The notes below the pieces were generated by a model. That model was not told the DNA's origin and did not search any database. It worked only from the letters and a program-made list of their open reading frames with translations. Positions 18,863-28,116 of a DNA stretch of 64,000 bases are shown here, in pieces. Every line of letters starts with the position of its first letter. Positions within the stretch are counted from its first letter, which is position 1. The position numbers and the translations under genes are program-made. The stretch lies in NCBI GenBank assembly GCA_963549285.1, contig CAUUYF010000001.1, positions 25,683-89,682 of the forward strand. Reading direction: 5' to 3'. The stretch is from an uncultured Candidatus Saccharibacteria bacterium. Its GTDB lineage: Bacteria; Patescibacteriota; Saccharimonadia; Saccharimonadales; Saccharimonadaceae.

Positions 18863-19462
18863 ATGAGACGAACTAAGATACCTTTTGGTGCCATCGCTTT
18901 AGTCATATTGATCGCTATGGTGATGATCGGAGGGATAGTCTTTCTGGCACAGACCATCTTTGGTGGCAAGAACGAGCCGAAGAAGCCGGAGCAACAGGTG
19001 ACTCATAGCATCTTGGAGCCGACCGACTCGACGGTGGTGCGCATGGAGGTGCGGGGGCCGGTACTGGCCAAAGAGCGTCATTATGAGATCAGCGCCAGCA
19101 TCACTCCGAACCAGCGCAAGCTAGTGATATATAAAGGCTATGGGCGAGAGGACGTCCTCAAGACGATGGAGCTAGGTAATACCAAGGAGGCATTTGCTAA
19201 CTTCCTGGCTGCCTTAGGCGATAACGGCTTTATCAAGGCTAACGAAAAGAGCGCCCAGAAGAGCAGCGGTCTCTGTGCCTCCGGTCAGCTGATTGACTTC
19301 ATCCTGGATAACGGGAGCTATGGCAAGTCTGAGCTGTGGACTACCTCTTGCGGTGATATCGAGGGTAGCTTTAACGGTAACGGTGCGGCTGTCACCAATC
19401 TTATCTTGGGTCAATTGCCCGGTAGCAAGGCCGCCATTGACGAAGTCCAACGCTCGCTGTAA
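18863..19462 (+). CDS. hypothetical membrane-anchored protein
   Basis: N-terminal TM (FGAIALVILIAMVMIGGIVFLA) then a soluble domain with no recognised motif. ATG 18863 lies 10 nt after TACAAT. Confidence 0.45.
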   Translation: MRRTKIPFGAIALVILIAMVMIGGIVFLAQTIFGGKNEPKKPEQQVTHSILEPTDSTVVRMEVRGPVLAKERHYEISASITPNQRKLVIYKGYGREDVLKTMELGNTKEAFANFLAALGDNGFIKANEKSAQKSSGLCASGQLIDFILDNGSYGKSELWTTSCGDIEGSFNGNGAAVTNLILGQLPGSKAAIDEVQRSL

Positions 19463-19532
19463 CGCTGGAGCTTTATATTTCACCCCCGGTGGTTGACGCT
19501 ATGACGTCAATGATGATAAACTTAACAACATA

Positions 19533-19757
19533 ATGACTGGAACGAAGACCACGATCTACCTACCGGAGGAGCTACGCAAGACTGTCAAGAAGCATCTGAT
19601 CGACACCGGTGAGACATTGTCAAAGTATGTCGAGATCGCCCTGACCCGCCAGCTGGCTTTTGATAAAACTCGGGCAGGCAAGAAACGCCTCAAGGAGAAG
19701 CAAAAGGCCGTCGAGCTAAATAACGTCATCAAAGAGTTCATCAGAGGCGAGCAGTAG
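19533..19757 (+). CDS. ribbon-helix-helix (CopG-like) DNA-binding protein
   Basis: KTTIYLPEELRKTVKKHLIDTGETLSKYVEIALTRQL fits the RHH beta-alpha-alpha pattern. Stop overlaps the mutM GTG by 1 nt. Confidence 0.6.
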   Translation: MTGTKTTIYLPEELRKTVKKHLIDTGETLSKYVEIALTRQLAFDKTRAGKKRLKEKQKAVELNNVIKEFIRGEQ

Positions 19758-20632
19758 TGCCGGAGCTGCCCGAGGTCGAGACGGTACGTCGTGGCTTGGC
19801 GGGACTGATACTTCACCGGCAGATCACTAAGGTGACCGGATTGTGCGATAAGTCACTTCAGATCGCCTCGGCAGATGTCAGCCGGCTGGTGACCGGGGCG
19901 ACCGTTGCCGGTGTCAGGCGTCGGGCTAAGATGCTGATGATTGATCTGACCAGCGACTACACCTTGCTGATCCATCTCAAGATGACTGGTCAGCTAGTTT
20001 ACAGGGGCGATCAGGCGTGGGCGGCAGGTCATCCGAATGACTCAATGATCGGTGAGCTGCCGGATAAGTCGACCGGGACGATCTTTGAGCTATCCGGTGG
20101 CGGCAAGCTATTCTTTAATGATCAGCGTAAGTTCGGCTGGATCAAGCTATATCCGACTAGTGAAGTGATGCAGCTAGCTAGTATAGTTAAGCTCGGGCCG
20201 GAGCCTCTGTCGGGCGACCCGTGGCGGGAGTTTTTATCACGGCTGCGTCGGCATCAGAAATCACGGATCAAGACGGCTATCCTGGACCAGACGGTACTGG
20301 CTGGTGTCGGTAATATCTACGCCGACGAGAGCTTGTGGCTAGCCCGGATCAACCCGATGACCAGAGTCGAGCAGCTGTCAGATGATGATCTGCATCGCTT
20401 GCTTGATAGTATCATCGAGATCATGAATCAGTCACTCCGGGCGGGTGGTTCGACGGCTCGCAACTATGTCAAAGCGGATGGAAGCAGGGGCGACTATCTG
20501 GATAAGTTTGCCCGAGTGTATCACCGAGAGGGTCAGCCTTGCGCCCGTTGCGGACACGAGATCAGGAAGATCAAGCTGGCGGGGCGAGGCACTCACTATT
20601 GCCCGGCCTGCCAGCCGCTACTAGATAAATAG
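19757..20632 (+). CDS. mutM: formamidopyrimidine-DNA glycosylase
   Basis: PELPEVETVRRGL N-terminus (catalytic Pro2) and C-terminal zinc finger CARCGHEIRKIKLAGRGTHYCPACQ. Confidence 0.92.
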   Translation: MPELPEVETVRRGLAGLILHRQITKVTGLCDKSLQIASADVSRLVTGATVAGVRRRAKMLMIDLTSDYTLLIHLKMTGQLVYRGDQAWAAGHPNDSMIGELPDKSTGTIFELSGGGKLFFNDQRKFGWIKLYPTSEVMQLASIVKLGPEPLSGDPWREFLSRLRRHQKSRIKTAILDQTVLAGVGNIYADESLWLARINPMTRVEQLSDDDLHRLLDSIIEIMNQSLRAGGSTARNYVKADGSRGDYLDKFARVYHREGQPCARCGHEIRKIKLAGRGTHYCPACQPLLDK

Positions 20633-20646
20633 CGGTGCCCCCTAAA

Positions 20647-20675
20647 TTGACATGACCCGGCTTGGATGATAGTAT
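20647..20675 (+). promoter_or_regulatory. sigma-70-like promoter TTGACA-17-TAGTAT
   Basis: Near-consensus hexamers with a 17-nt spacer. No ORF follows on this strand. Confidence 0.55.
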
Positions 20676-20679
20676 ACTA

Positions 20680-20776
20680 CGTATAGGAGAGTGTTCACCT
20701 CTCCGCCGTAGGGAGCGCCACTTCGGTATCGTTCTCACGAGGTAGCACCGTGTAGACGGTGCTATGCTCGATTTTA
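20680..20776 (+). ncRNA. candidate small RNA (about 95 nt, three hairpins)
   Basis: Follows the promoter at 20647. Hairpins GGAGAG-tgttcac-CTCTCC, a UUCG-loop hairpin, and CGAGGTAGCACCG-tgtaga-CGGTGCTATGCTCG followed by ATTTTA. Confidence 0.35.
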
Positions 20777-20846
20777 GAGGGGGCGGCTTTTGATTTTATC
20801 CTCGATATTAGCAATAGAATCTAATAAATCGCTGTGGTAGGGTAGT

Positions 20847-21257
20847 TTAGTAGCCGGGGAACTTTTTCATAATCTCCGGGAATTGCTCATTGATCACTTT
20901 CTGCCATTTTACAGTCTCGTTGGGCTGGCAAATTTCCTTCTTAGAGTACACCAGCAGTACTCTGGCGATGTGCAGGGTATCATCCAGGAAGACTATAGCT
21001 CTATTGCCTGACCCTCTCGCCGAGTCCTTAGTTCCGGCAATCTTGAAATATAGCTTAACGATTCGACCGACATCTGATGCGTGGATCGTCCTTGCCTTGT
21101 CGGTGAGAATGTGCTGATCTATGTGCTCAAGTACGAACTCAAGAGATTTCCGGGTGGCTTGCCACTGTCTACTGCTGTATCGTTTGGTGATGCTCTTTGT
21201 GAAATGATTCTTCGTATATGGGTCAAACTGCACTAGATATCTACCGCCGGTAGACAT
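20847..21257 (-). CDS. RelE/HigB-like toxin candidate (partner of the DUF4065 antitoxin)
   Basis: KLYFKIAGTKDSARGSGNRAIVFLDDTLHIARVLLVYSKKE resembles the K.R...GKSGG.R.I...LL..Y.K.E core of RelE/HigB-like killer proteins. It overlaps the upstream gene by 17 nt. Confidence 0.5.
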   Translation of the reverse strand: MSTGGRYLVQFDPYTKNHFTKSITKRYSSRQWQATRKSLEFVLEHIDQHILTDKARTIHASDVGRIVKLYFKIAGTKDSARGSGNRAIVFLDDTLHIARVLLVYSKKEICQPNETVKWQKVINEQFPEIMKKFPGY

Positions 21258-21939
21258 GGTCGGGATCCTCCTGGACTATGGCGTCGTATGGGATTAATTC
21301 ATTTGGCTCGCAGTACTTCCATGGCAGCTGGCTGTGGGTATAGTCAACTATCGCTCGTGTGTTGGCTGTCTTCCATTGGGCTGCTATTTCTCTGAGCCGC
21401 TTGTCTTGCTCGTCGGAGAGGAGGTGCTTATTCGCCGGGTCGAGCTCTTCGTTCAGACTGATCATCATTGCTCTGCCTCGGAGCTTGATATCGATCTCTT
21501 CCGTATCATACATCTCTTCGACAGTGCGAAAGAACTCGTCCGGTACCGGACCTTGTGCAATCCTGCGGTACTGCAGCCCACTCACAGACTCCAGATTGTC
21601 GTAATACCACGAGAAATCCAGGAGGTAGAGTAGCTTGGCTAATTTTGTCTTCGGGATCCTGCCGTCGCTATCTGCGCCGGCATACCTGATGAACCGACGA
21701 ATCATTTCTTTATAACGCTCCTTGTCGTAGCTGGTGCTTGGCTCGCTATTCATGAAGATGGTATCGAAGCTGGCACCCAGCTCGTCAGACAGCTTGCGGG
21801 CTTCAGTGACGGTAAGCTCCTTTGTCCCGGCCTCCACCTTGTCATAAGAGGGGCGGCTCATGCCCAGCGTATCAGCCATATATTGCTGGCTGAGCCCGAG
21901 GCTCCCACGCAGTCTCTTGATCTCGCTTCCATTGCTCAT
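21241..21939 (-). CDS. XRE-family HTH fused to DUF4065 (Panacea/SocA-like) antitoxin domain
   Basis: N-terminal IKRLRGSLGLSQQYMADTLGMSRPSYDKVEAG (HTH_XRE). C-terminal KTKLAKLLYLLDFSWYYD...GLQYRRIAQGPVPDEF matches the DUF4065 signature. Confidence 0.72.
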   Translation of the reverse strand: MSNGSEIKRLRGSLGLSQQYMADTLGMSRPSYDKVEAGTKELTVTEARKLSDELGASFDTIFMNSEPSTSYDKERYKEMIRRFIRYAGADSDGRIPKTKLAKLLYLLDFSWYYDNLESVSGLQYRRIAQGPVPDEFFRTVEEMYDTEEIDIKLRGRAMMISLNEELDPANKHLLSDEQDKRLREIAAQWKTANTRAIVDYTHSQLPWKYCEPNELIPYDAIVQEDPDHVYRR

Positions 21940-22145
21940 AGCTTTACTCCTACCTTATGTAGTGATACTAGCATATTACGCTACTAATGTAAATATTCTT
22001 AGCATACCCACGCTGCGCCTATTGACTTATCTTTACAACCACCTCGGCTCTTTATCTGGTTACATAGTATGTGGTCGCTTCTTGCCAAAAAACTCCCAAC
22101 TTGATGTTGGCAATCAGCCCGACTATGCTATAATCAATTATAGTT

Positions 22146-22745
22146 ATGGTTAAAAGTGGGGACAACATAAACAAAGAGGTGTCATTAGCCGGTGCGGTGC
22201 AGTCGGGTGACTCACCGGTGGCTGAGCCTACTAAGAAGTCGTCTGATGGACGCCTGCTCAAGGTCGGGCAAGTCGTCATGGGGGTAGTCTTGATCCTGAC
22301 GCTGGTCGCCATCGGCATCTGCGCTTTCACCGACCTGGACGACCAGCTGGGTAACTACCTGGCGTATAGCAAGTATAATATCAAGTCGGAGCGAGACGCC
22401 AGTAAGCTAATCTATGAGGGACACGAAAAAGCTGCTATCTGGTGGTACGAGGGTCAGATCAGGCAGACTAAGGATAAGCAGAAGCAAGCGAAGCTCTATC
22501 TAGAACTGGCGATGTATCTTAATGCTCTAGTCAGGGATAACAAGACTGGATATAGCCTGGCGCTTAAATATGCTAGCAAAGCAGAGGAGCTAGTGCACAA
22601 TAGCGATTCAGCCGGTGTCTTAGCTGAAGTTTACAATAGGGTCAATGATCAGAGTAATTATACGAAGTACCTACAGCTGTCGAATGAGCGTCGAAGTAAA
22701 GAAGGTAAGAATAGCGGTGATAAGAATGGGGTGAGTGCATCATGA
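22146..22745 (+). CDS. hypothetical membrane-anchored helical (TPR-like) protein, first gene of the adhesin/minor-pilin operon
   Basis: TM helix VVMGVVLILTLVAIGICAF. ATG is 11 nt after TGCTATAAT (22126-22134). Stop overlaps the next start. Confidence 0.45.
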   Translation: MVKSGDNINKEVSLAGAVQSGDSPVAEPTKKSSDGRLLKVGQVVMGVVLILTLVAIGICAFTDLDDQLGNYLAYSKYNIKSERDASKLIYEGHEKAAIWWYEGQIRQTKDKQKQAKLYLELAMYLNALVRDNKTGYSLALKYASKAEELVHNSDSAGVLAEVYNRVNDQSNYTKYLQLSNERRSKEGKNSGDKNGVSAS

Positions 22746-25700
22746 AAAGATTATTCGCTTGTATCAGCACTAGAGCTCAATTAGCCATTATGGTGATAGG
22801 GCTATCGTTTCTATGCTCTATTATTTACAGTATGCCGGCTTCAGCGGAGTTTAATTTGTCATACATCGGTCCGGCTAGTTCAAATGATCGATATAATCTG
22901 ACGGGTCATTATACGCACCCTAGAACCACTCTTAGGATACCAGTTTACTTTAAGTATGACCCCGGGACGGTAGGAGTGGATGTTTTTGATGTGTACTACG
23001 GCAAAAATGCAAGTGATGGTGCTTTATTCAACGGCGTCTATAATAAGAGTGGTGGTGGCGAAGGGCACTTCACTATCAGTGGCTTCCAGTATGATAATGC
23101 AACCGGTTTGTGGAAGACCACGATAACGGCTCAACTAACCAAGAACAATGGTCATCAACTGGTGACCAGTGAGCCATCGTTGTATCAGTTTAGGCTAAGA
23201 CTGTCTAATCATGATGGCATCATCGCTTACGCTGGCGGTTGGGCATCACAGGCAAATCGACAGTATAATGTAGATTATAATACCGGTGGTGATCTGGCGG
23301 GCGAAGGTGGCGATCAAGATGAGTACCTCCTAATGTCATTACCGTGTAATATCACTCATGACGTAGAGCTCGGTTCAGGTAAGCAAAATGAATTAATACT
23401 GTTTGATCTTGATCAACCTGGTCCGTTATATCCTGGCTCTAAGCTTAACAAACCATTTATAAATAATAGAATGAATATAAATGTAGCTGTCTACGATGAA
23501 ACGGATAAAAAAGAAGTGGTTAAATATGAAGGGCTTAATTACAACTGTGATTTTAATAACCAATATGATGGAAGTAATTGTATGGGTGAAAACGGTACTT
23601 TACATGTAACAATGACTATGAAGCCCGGTCATAAGTACCGAATTCGTATCTGGCGCAACTGGGTCAATAACCTGATTGAGTATCACTTACCCTTTGATAA
23701 TATTTCCTATGCGACTGAGTGTGATCCGAAGATTGATATGCGGGCGGCGGTCGACTACATTGACGAAGCCGGTCGCAAACGAGCTTCTGCCCAGGGTAAG
23801 TATGATAGTCAGGACAACAGTAAGAGCAATAGCGAAGTTTACGTCTTTGACCAGTGGGGTCATAATGCCAGAACGACGTGGTCAAGTTGGGGTGTTTCAC
23901 CTAACCCGGCGATAATTCGCAAGGAGGACGCTAAAGTCACTCCAGGTAAGTTTCTGACTTGGTGGTTCCGAGCTCACAATGTCAGTGGCTATCCGCCCCC
24001 CGACGAGACTGACTTTGCTAACTTCCGTACGACTTTCAATGGCAGTACTTCTGGTTGGGATGAGATGACTGTATATCCACCACGGCGAGCAACTAACTGG
24101 TTTCAACCGTCTAAAAGGGGCGGAAAGCTAGACCGCAACCATCCTCAAGTGACCTGGGGGTGTAATGAATGGGGTGCCAACTGCGTTGATCACCATGACT
24201 GGTATAATAAAGGGGTATCGTTTGGTGAGTCTATTAATTATCATTATCGTTATCAAGTTAGGGCAGACGATGCGGAAAAGACTTTATGTCAGCGAGTTCG
24301 TAATAGCTGGCCCGTCGGACAGGATTGGAAGGAGCGCTTTACACCCTGGGCTTGCGCTTATGTGCCATATGATTATCCACCGAATCAACCACCACCTGGT
24401 GGCGGAGACAAGGATAATAGTGGCGTCGTACCGACAGCTAGTGTGGTTGATAATAAGTCTAAAGTTCAGGCAGGAGACGACGTGCAGTTTAGTTATAGTT
24501 TGACTAATACTAGCGGTCCAACTGTCTCTAGACGAATAGATTATAAAGCTTATGCTTTCATTCTCAAGAGAGGGGCTAAGTTGCCGCTCAATGCCGGGAA
24601 GAAGCCCTACCATTATGCCATGCGCTGGGATGGTAATGGTGTTGGTTGTGGTGGTCGTGACATCACCCCCGGGTCACAAAGTCGGTGTGAACTAAGTGTC
24701 TTTGGTACCAGTGAGAAGATTTATCCGGGTCAAACCTGGCCTGTGCCTGGGCAGCAACCGAAGTATAATGTATCTGGTATCTGGCTGGCTCAGCCCGGCG
24801 ATAAGATTTGCTCTTACATCGCCATTGACAATAACTGGAGCGTGAAGAATGACCAGTCAGCTGATACTTTCCGAGCTAGCAACATTGCCTGCGTCGTGGT
24901 GACGAAGAGCCCCAACCTTAACTTATCCGGCTCAGATAGCTATGCTGATAAGGGCTTCCAGGGTGCTAGTGTCAGTGAGAACAAGGTTCCCGGTACGGAT
25001 AAGCGAGGCTCCTACTCGCAGTATGGGCTACTGACAGGTGATAAAAATGGGGTGACCAGCTTTGGCTCAGCCGGCTATACCACAGCTAGCCAAGCCAACT
25101 ATAAATTTGCTTGCAAGCTTAGCTATGCTAATACGGACAGTGCTCAAGTCAATTGCAATGATCTGAGTAGGCTTCAGCCGGCCGGCCTATCTAAGAATCT
25201 GTCCACACCCAGTTCAACTAATGCCAAGCCATTGCCGGGTGGATCTAGCGTTAATCTGAGTATTTTAAGCGGTAGCTACAAGACGACCAGTAGCGGGTCG
25301 CTAAATATAAGTGGCAGTCTGGACAAAGGTCAGCACATTACTATCTTTGCTGAGTATGCTGATGTCACTATTACCGGTGATATCGATGCTTATGCCGGTC
25401 CTTACCACAATCTGTCTGACATTCCCAGCTTCACCATCAAGGCAAGGAACATTAAGGTCGAGCCGCAGGTAAAGCGGATCACCGGTACCTATGTAGCGAC
25501 CGGTAAGTTTGAGAGCTGCAAGAATGCTCAGAATAAATCAGCTGACTTAGGTATGAGGCCGACCAGCAGGTGTCAGAACAAGCTCAAGATCAATGGTGCT
25601 ATCGTCTCTGGTAGTTCGCCGATCTTCCGTCGCACCTTCGGGGCAGGTAATCTATCGGATGATTATCAGTGGGAGACCAATAATATTTCCTCGACTGCTG

Positions 25701-25813
25701 AGTGGATCAATTACACACCCAATCTCTGGCTGACCACCTCTAACGGCTCGTCCGGCAATCAGCTGGAAGGTCTGACCACGACGCAAGTCACTAATCTGCC
25801 GGTGAGGTATTGA
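22742..25813 (+). CDS. large secreted protein, candidate pilus-associated adhesin (function by context only)
   Basis: N-terminal signal/TM ending PASAEF, 1023 aa, Cys- and Trp-rich. Translationally coupled to four pilin-like genes downstream. Confidence 0.45.
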   Translation: MKRLFACISTRAQLAIMVIGLSFLCSIIYSMPASAEFNLSYIGPASSNDRYNLTGHYTHPRTTLRIPVYFKYDPGTVGVDVFDVYYGKNASDGALFNGVYNKSGGGEGHFTISGFQYDNATGLWKTTITAQLTKNNGHQLVTSEPSLYQFRLRLSNHDGIIAYAGGWASQANRQYNVDYNTGGDLAGEGGDQDEYLLMSLPCNITHDVELGSGKQNELILFDLDQPGPLYPGSKLNKPFINNRMNINVAVYDETDKKEVVKYEGLNYNCDFNNQYDGSNCMGENGTLHVTMTMKPGHKYRIRIWRNWVNNLIEYHLPFDNISYATECDPKIDMRAAVDYIDEAGRKRASAQGKYDSQDNSKSNSEVYVFDQWGHNARTTWSSWGVSPNPAIIRKEDAKVTPGKFLTWWFRAHNVSGYPPPDETDFANFRTTFNGSTSGWDEMTVYPPRRATNWFQPSKRGGKLDRNHPQVTWGCNEWGANCVDHHDWYNKGVSFGESINYHYRYQVRADDAEKTLCQRVRNSWPVGQDWKERFTPWACAYVPYDYPPNQPPPGGGDKDNSGVVPTASVVDNKSKVQAGDDVQFSYSLTNTSGPTVSRRIDYKAYAFILKRGAKLPLNAGKKPYHYAMRWDGNGVGCGGRDITPGSQSRCELSVFGTSEKIYPGQTWPVPGQQPKYNVSGIWLAQPGDKICSYIAIDNNWSVKNDQSADTFRASNIACVVVTKSPNLNLSGSDSYADKGFQGASVSENKVPGTDKRGSYSQYGLLTGDKNGVTSFGSAGYTTASQANYKFACKLSYANTDSAQVNCNDLSRLQPAGLSKNLSTPSSTNAKPLPGGSSVNLSILSGSYKTTSSGSLNISGSLDKGQHITIFAEYADVTITGDIDAYAGPYHNLSDIPSFTIKARNIKVEPQVKRITGTYVATGKFESCKNAQNKSADLGMRPTSRCQNKLKINGAIVSGSSPIFRRTFGAGNLSDDYQWETNNISSTAEWINYTPNLWLTTSNGSSGNQLEGLTTTQVTNLPVRY

Positions 25814-26739
25814 TGAAGCGAGAGGGTGGATATACCGTACTTGAGACCGGGCTAGCTATCGCCATGTCGACGACACTGGTCTTGCTGACCTTTGGCTTAG
25901 CGGCTATGGTCGGGCGAGGCCGCTTCCGTGATTCGCTGGTCACTACCCAGTCTTTCATCAAGCAGCAGTATAATGAGGTTCGCTCCGGCATCAATTCTCG
26001 CTTAACTGAGGGTGATGTGAGTACTAACAAGATGGGGCCCGTATCAGAGTGTAAGAATACGGCTATTCCCGGCAATAATAACGGTTGCTACATCATCGGG
26101 CGTCTGTTGACCTTTGATAATGACGGTGAGGTCGGTCGTGTCAAATCCAGCTTTATCATTGCTGTGGTGGGGACGGGCTCTAAGTGGCCGGACAGCACTA
26201 AGACGGGTCTTGATAACCTAAAGGACGGTAATGTGGTGACGCTATACGCCCTGACTGATACTAGTGGGAATGACGCCGGTCTTAACCCTACGGTCAAGCA
26301 AATAGGCAGCAATAAATTGGAGAAGGTTTGGCTGATTGGCAATACTAATATGAGTCTATATGATTCTAATTCCAATAAGCAGAATCCTAACCAAACCAAC
26401 AATATTGCCATTATGCGCAGTCCGGTCGACGGTTCATTGGTGGTCGTCTTGGCGGCGGTCTTACAGGACGTATCCAGTGCGTCGGTTAAGGGTCTGAAGA
26501 AAATAAACCTAGATTTAACTAAGACTAATATGTCGCAAGATGACAAGGTAGTATTGGCAGTGAGTAATAGTGGTCTGGGCTACCCGGGTGGCGTTATCTG
26601 TATACCCGGCGGTGATAACCCGGCGGGTACGTCAAACAACTTTAACGTAACGGGTAGTAATTGGAACTGGGACGGCAAGCTGAAGAACGTAGGGTATAAC
26701 GATATGACAGATGCATGTAAAAACTGGGAATATAAATAA
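25813..26739 (+). CDS. pilin-like protein (minor pilin candidate)
   Basis: MKREGG|YTVLETGLAIAMSTTLVLL has Gly-1 and Glu+5 followed by a hydrophobic helix. ATG overlaps the preceding TGA (TGATG). Confidence 0.62.
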   Translation: MKREGGYTVLETGLAIAMSTTLVLLTFGLAAMVGRGRFRDSLVTTQSFIKQQYNEVRSGINSRLTEGDVSTNKMGPVSECKNTAIPGNNNGCYIIGRLLTFDNDGEVGRVKSSFIIAVVGTGSKWPDSTKTGLDNLKDGNVVTLYALTDTSGNDAGLNPTVKQIGSNKLEKVWLIGNTNMSLYDSNSNKQNPNQTNNIAIMRSPVDGSLVVVLAAVLQDVSSASVKGLKKINLDLTKTNMSQDDKVVLAVSNSGLGYPGGVICIPGGDNPAGTSNNFNVTGSNWNWDGKLKNVGYNDMTDACKNWEYK

Positions 26740-26740
26740 T

Positions 26741-27349
26741 ATGATAAGGATGATGATGGGGAAGAAGCGAGCAGAACGGGGCGACACATTAGTCGAGGTG
26801 ACTGTGGCGATGGCGGTGCTGGGGCTAATGCTGGCGGCTAGCCTGGCGGTCATTAACCGAGGGCTGATGGGGGTGTCAAATGCAGTCGAGCGGACTTCGG
26901 TGCGGGCTAGTCTAAGTAGCCAGGCGGAGCTACTGCGCTATGTCTTTGACGATCCGGTTACTAATGAGGCGACTTATAAGGAGATCCTCAAGCGCACTAA
27001 GCCAAATGCAAGTCTTGGCCAAGAAGGCTGCAAAATTGGTGGCGGTGGCTTCTACCTGAGTGTCAATAATAAGACCGGCACGCCACCGGTTGAAATACAT
27101 CCGGAAACACAGCCACTTGATTCGTTAAATACCAAGCAGCTGACGGATAACGTCTATGGTCAGCCGGAAGCGGGTGACAACAGTGGTGCTAGCCGAGGTA
27201 TCTGGATCGAGGGAGACAAGCACGATGCGCAGGGCGACATGCCAGGCTATATCGACTTCTACGTTCGAGCTTGCTGGACACCACATGCGGCGCAACAGCC
27301 GGGCTCAGGACGAATGGAATCTAACGTACGGGTGTACTATAAGAACTAG
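26741..27349 (+). CDS. pilin-like protein (minor pilin candidate)
   Basis: KKRAERG|DTLVEVTVAMAVLGLMLAA class III signal. Start chosen just after the upstream stop; the exact Met is uncertain (26741-26756). Confidence 0.6.
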   Translation: MIRMMMGKKRAERGDTLVEVTVAMAVLGLMLAASLAVINRGLMGVSNAVERTSVRASLSSQAELLRYVFDDPVTNEATYKEILKRTKPNASLGQEGCKIGGGGFYLSVNNKTGTPPVEIHPETQPLDSLNTKQLTDNVYGQPEAGDNSGASRGIWIEGDKHDAQGDMPGYIDFYVRACWTPHAAQQPGSGRMESNVRVYYKN

Positions 27350-27372
27350 TGAAGGACAGGAAAGGATAAGAC

Positions 27373-28116
27373 ATGGCTAGACTATCAGACAAACAGAGCG
27401 GTTTTACCTTGATCGAGGTGTCGACGGCTCTGATCTTCGTCGGCTTCATCATCTTCATCTTGGCTGCTACTACGGTCAATATCGTCCGTTCGTATAATAA
27501 AGGCATCTGGCTGGCTCAGATCAACCAAGCCGGTCAGCAGATGAATAACGATATCGGTGATAAGGCTCGCTATAGCCCGGCAGCGACGGTAGATACTGTC
27601 AATCGTCGGATGTGCATCAACGGCGTGTCTTATCTGTGGAATACGCAGCAGGATATTGATAACAGTAATCAGGGAAATAATAATAATGCCTATCTTGATG
27701 GGACGCTGATCCGACTGGCTCGGATCGACGACCCGAACGGTGAATACTGTAGCAAGCCTACGAAGCGGCCGGATCTACCGAGTGCCAATTCCAATGTCCA
27801 TATCTTGCTGGGGCGAGGAGCAACGATCCAGGAGTTCGAAGTGAAGCGAAAGGATAATGTGCCTCTGCTAACCATCAGCGTAGTAGTCTCGACCGAGGGG
27901 GCGAACCGACCGATCAAAGCTTATACCGATAACACCGGAATCGTTCATATTGATGCCAGTCAGAATAACCCCAACTCTTATTGGCAATGTGGTGAGTGGA
28001 TAGATAAAAATGATGACGGAAAAGTTGACTCGACAGATACATTTACCCCGGCTAAGAACCAGTATTGCTCATTTGCCAAGTATACCTTCACTGTCTATGA
28101 AAGGAGTAAGATATGA
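27373..28116 (+). CDS. pilin-like protein with canonical prepilin N-terminus
   Basis: MARLSDKQSG|FTLIEVSTALIFVGFIIFILAA. Confidence 0.75.
   Translation: MARLSDKQSGFTLIEVSTALIFVGFIIFILAATTVNIVRSYNKGIWLAQINQAGQQMNNDIGDKARYSPAATVDTVNRRMCINGVSYLWNTQQDIDNSNQGNNNNAYLDGTLIRLARIDDPNGEYCSKPTKRPDLPSANSNVHILLGRGATIQEFEVKRKDNVPLLTISVVVSTEGANRPIKAYTDNTGIVHIDASQNNPNSYWQCGEWIDKNDDGKVDSTDTFTPAKNQYCSFAKYTFTVYERSKI

Noticed and set aside
20680-20776. Assigning the small-RNA candidates (20680-20776, 37208-37449, 47087-47213, 61273-61720) to SRP RNA or 6S RNA.
   Set aside because: None contains the SRP domain IV signature (a GNAR-capped helix with the ...GGAAGCAGC...-type loops). None shows the long end-to-end duplex with central bubble expected for 6S RNA. 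They are left as unclassified candidates.
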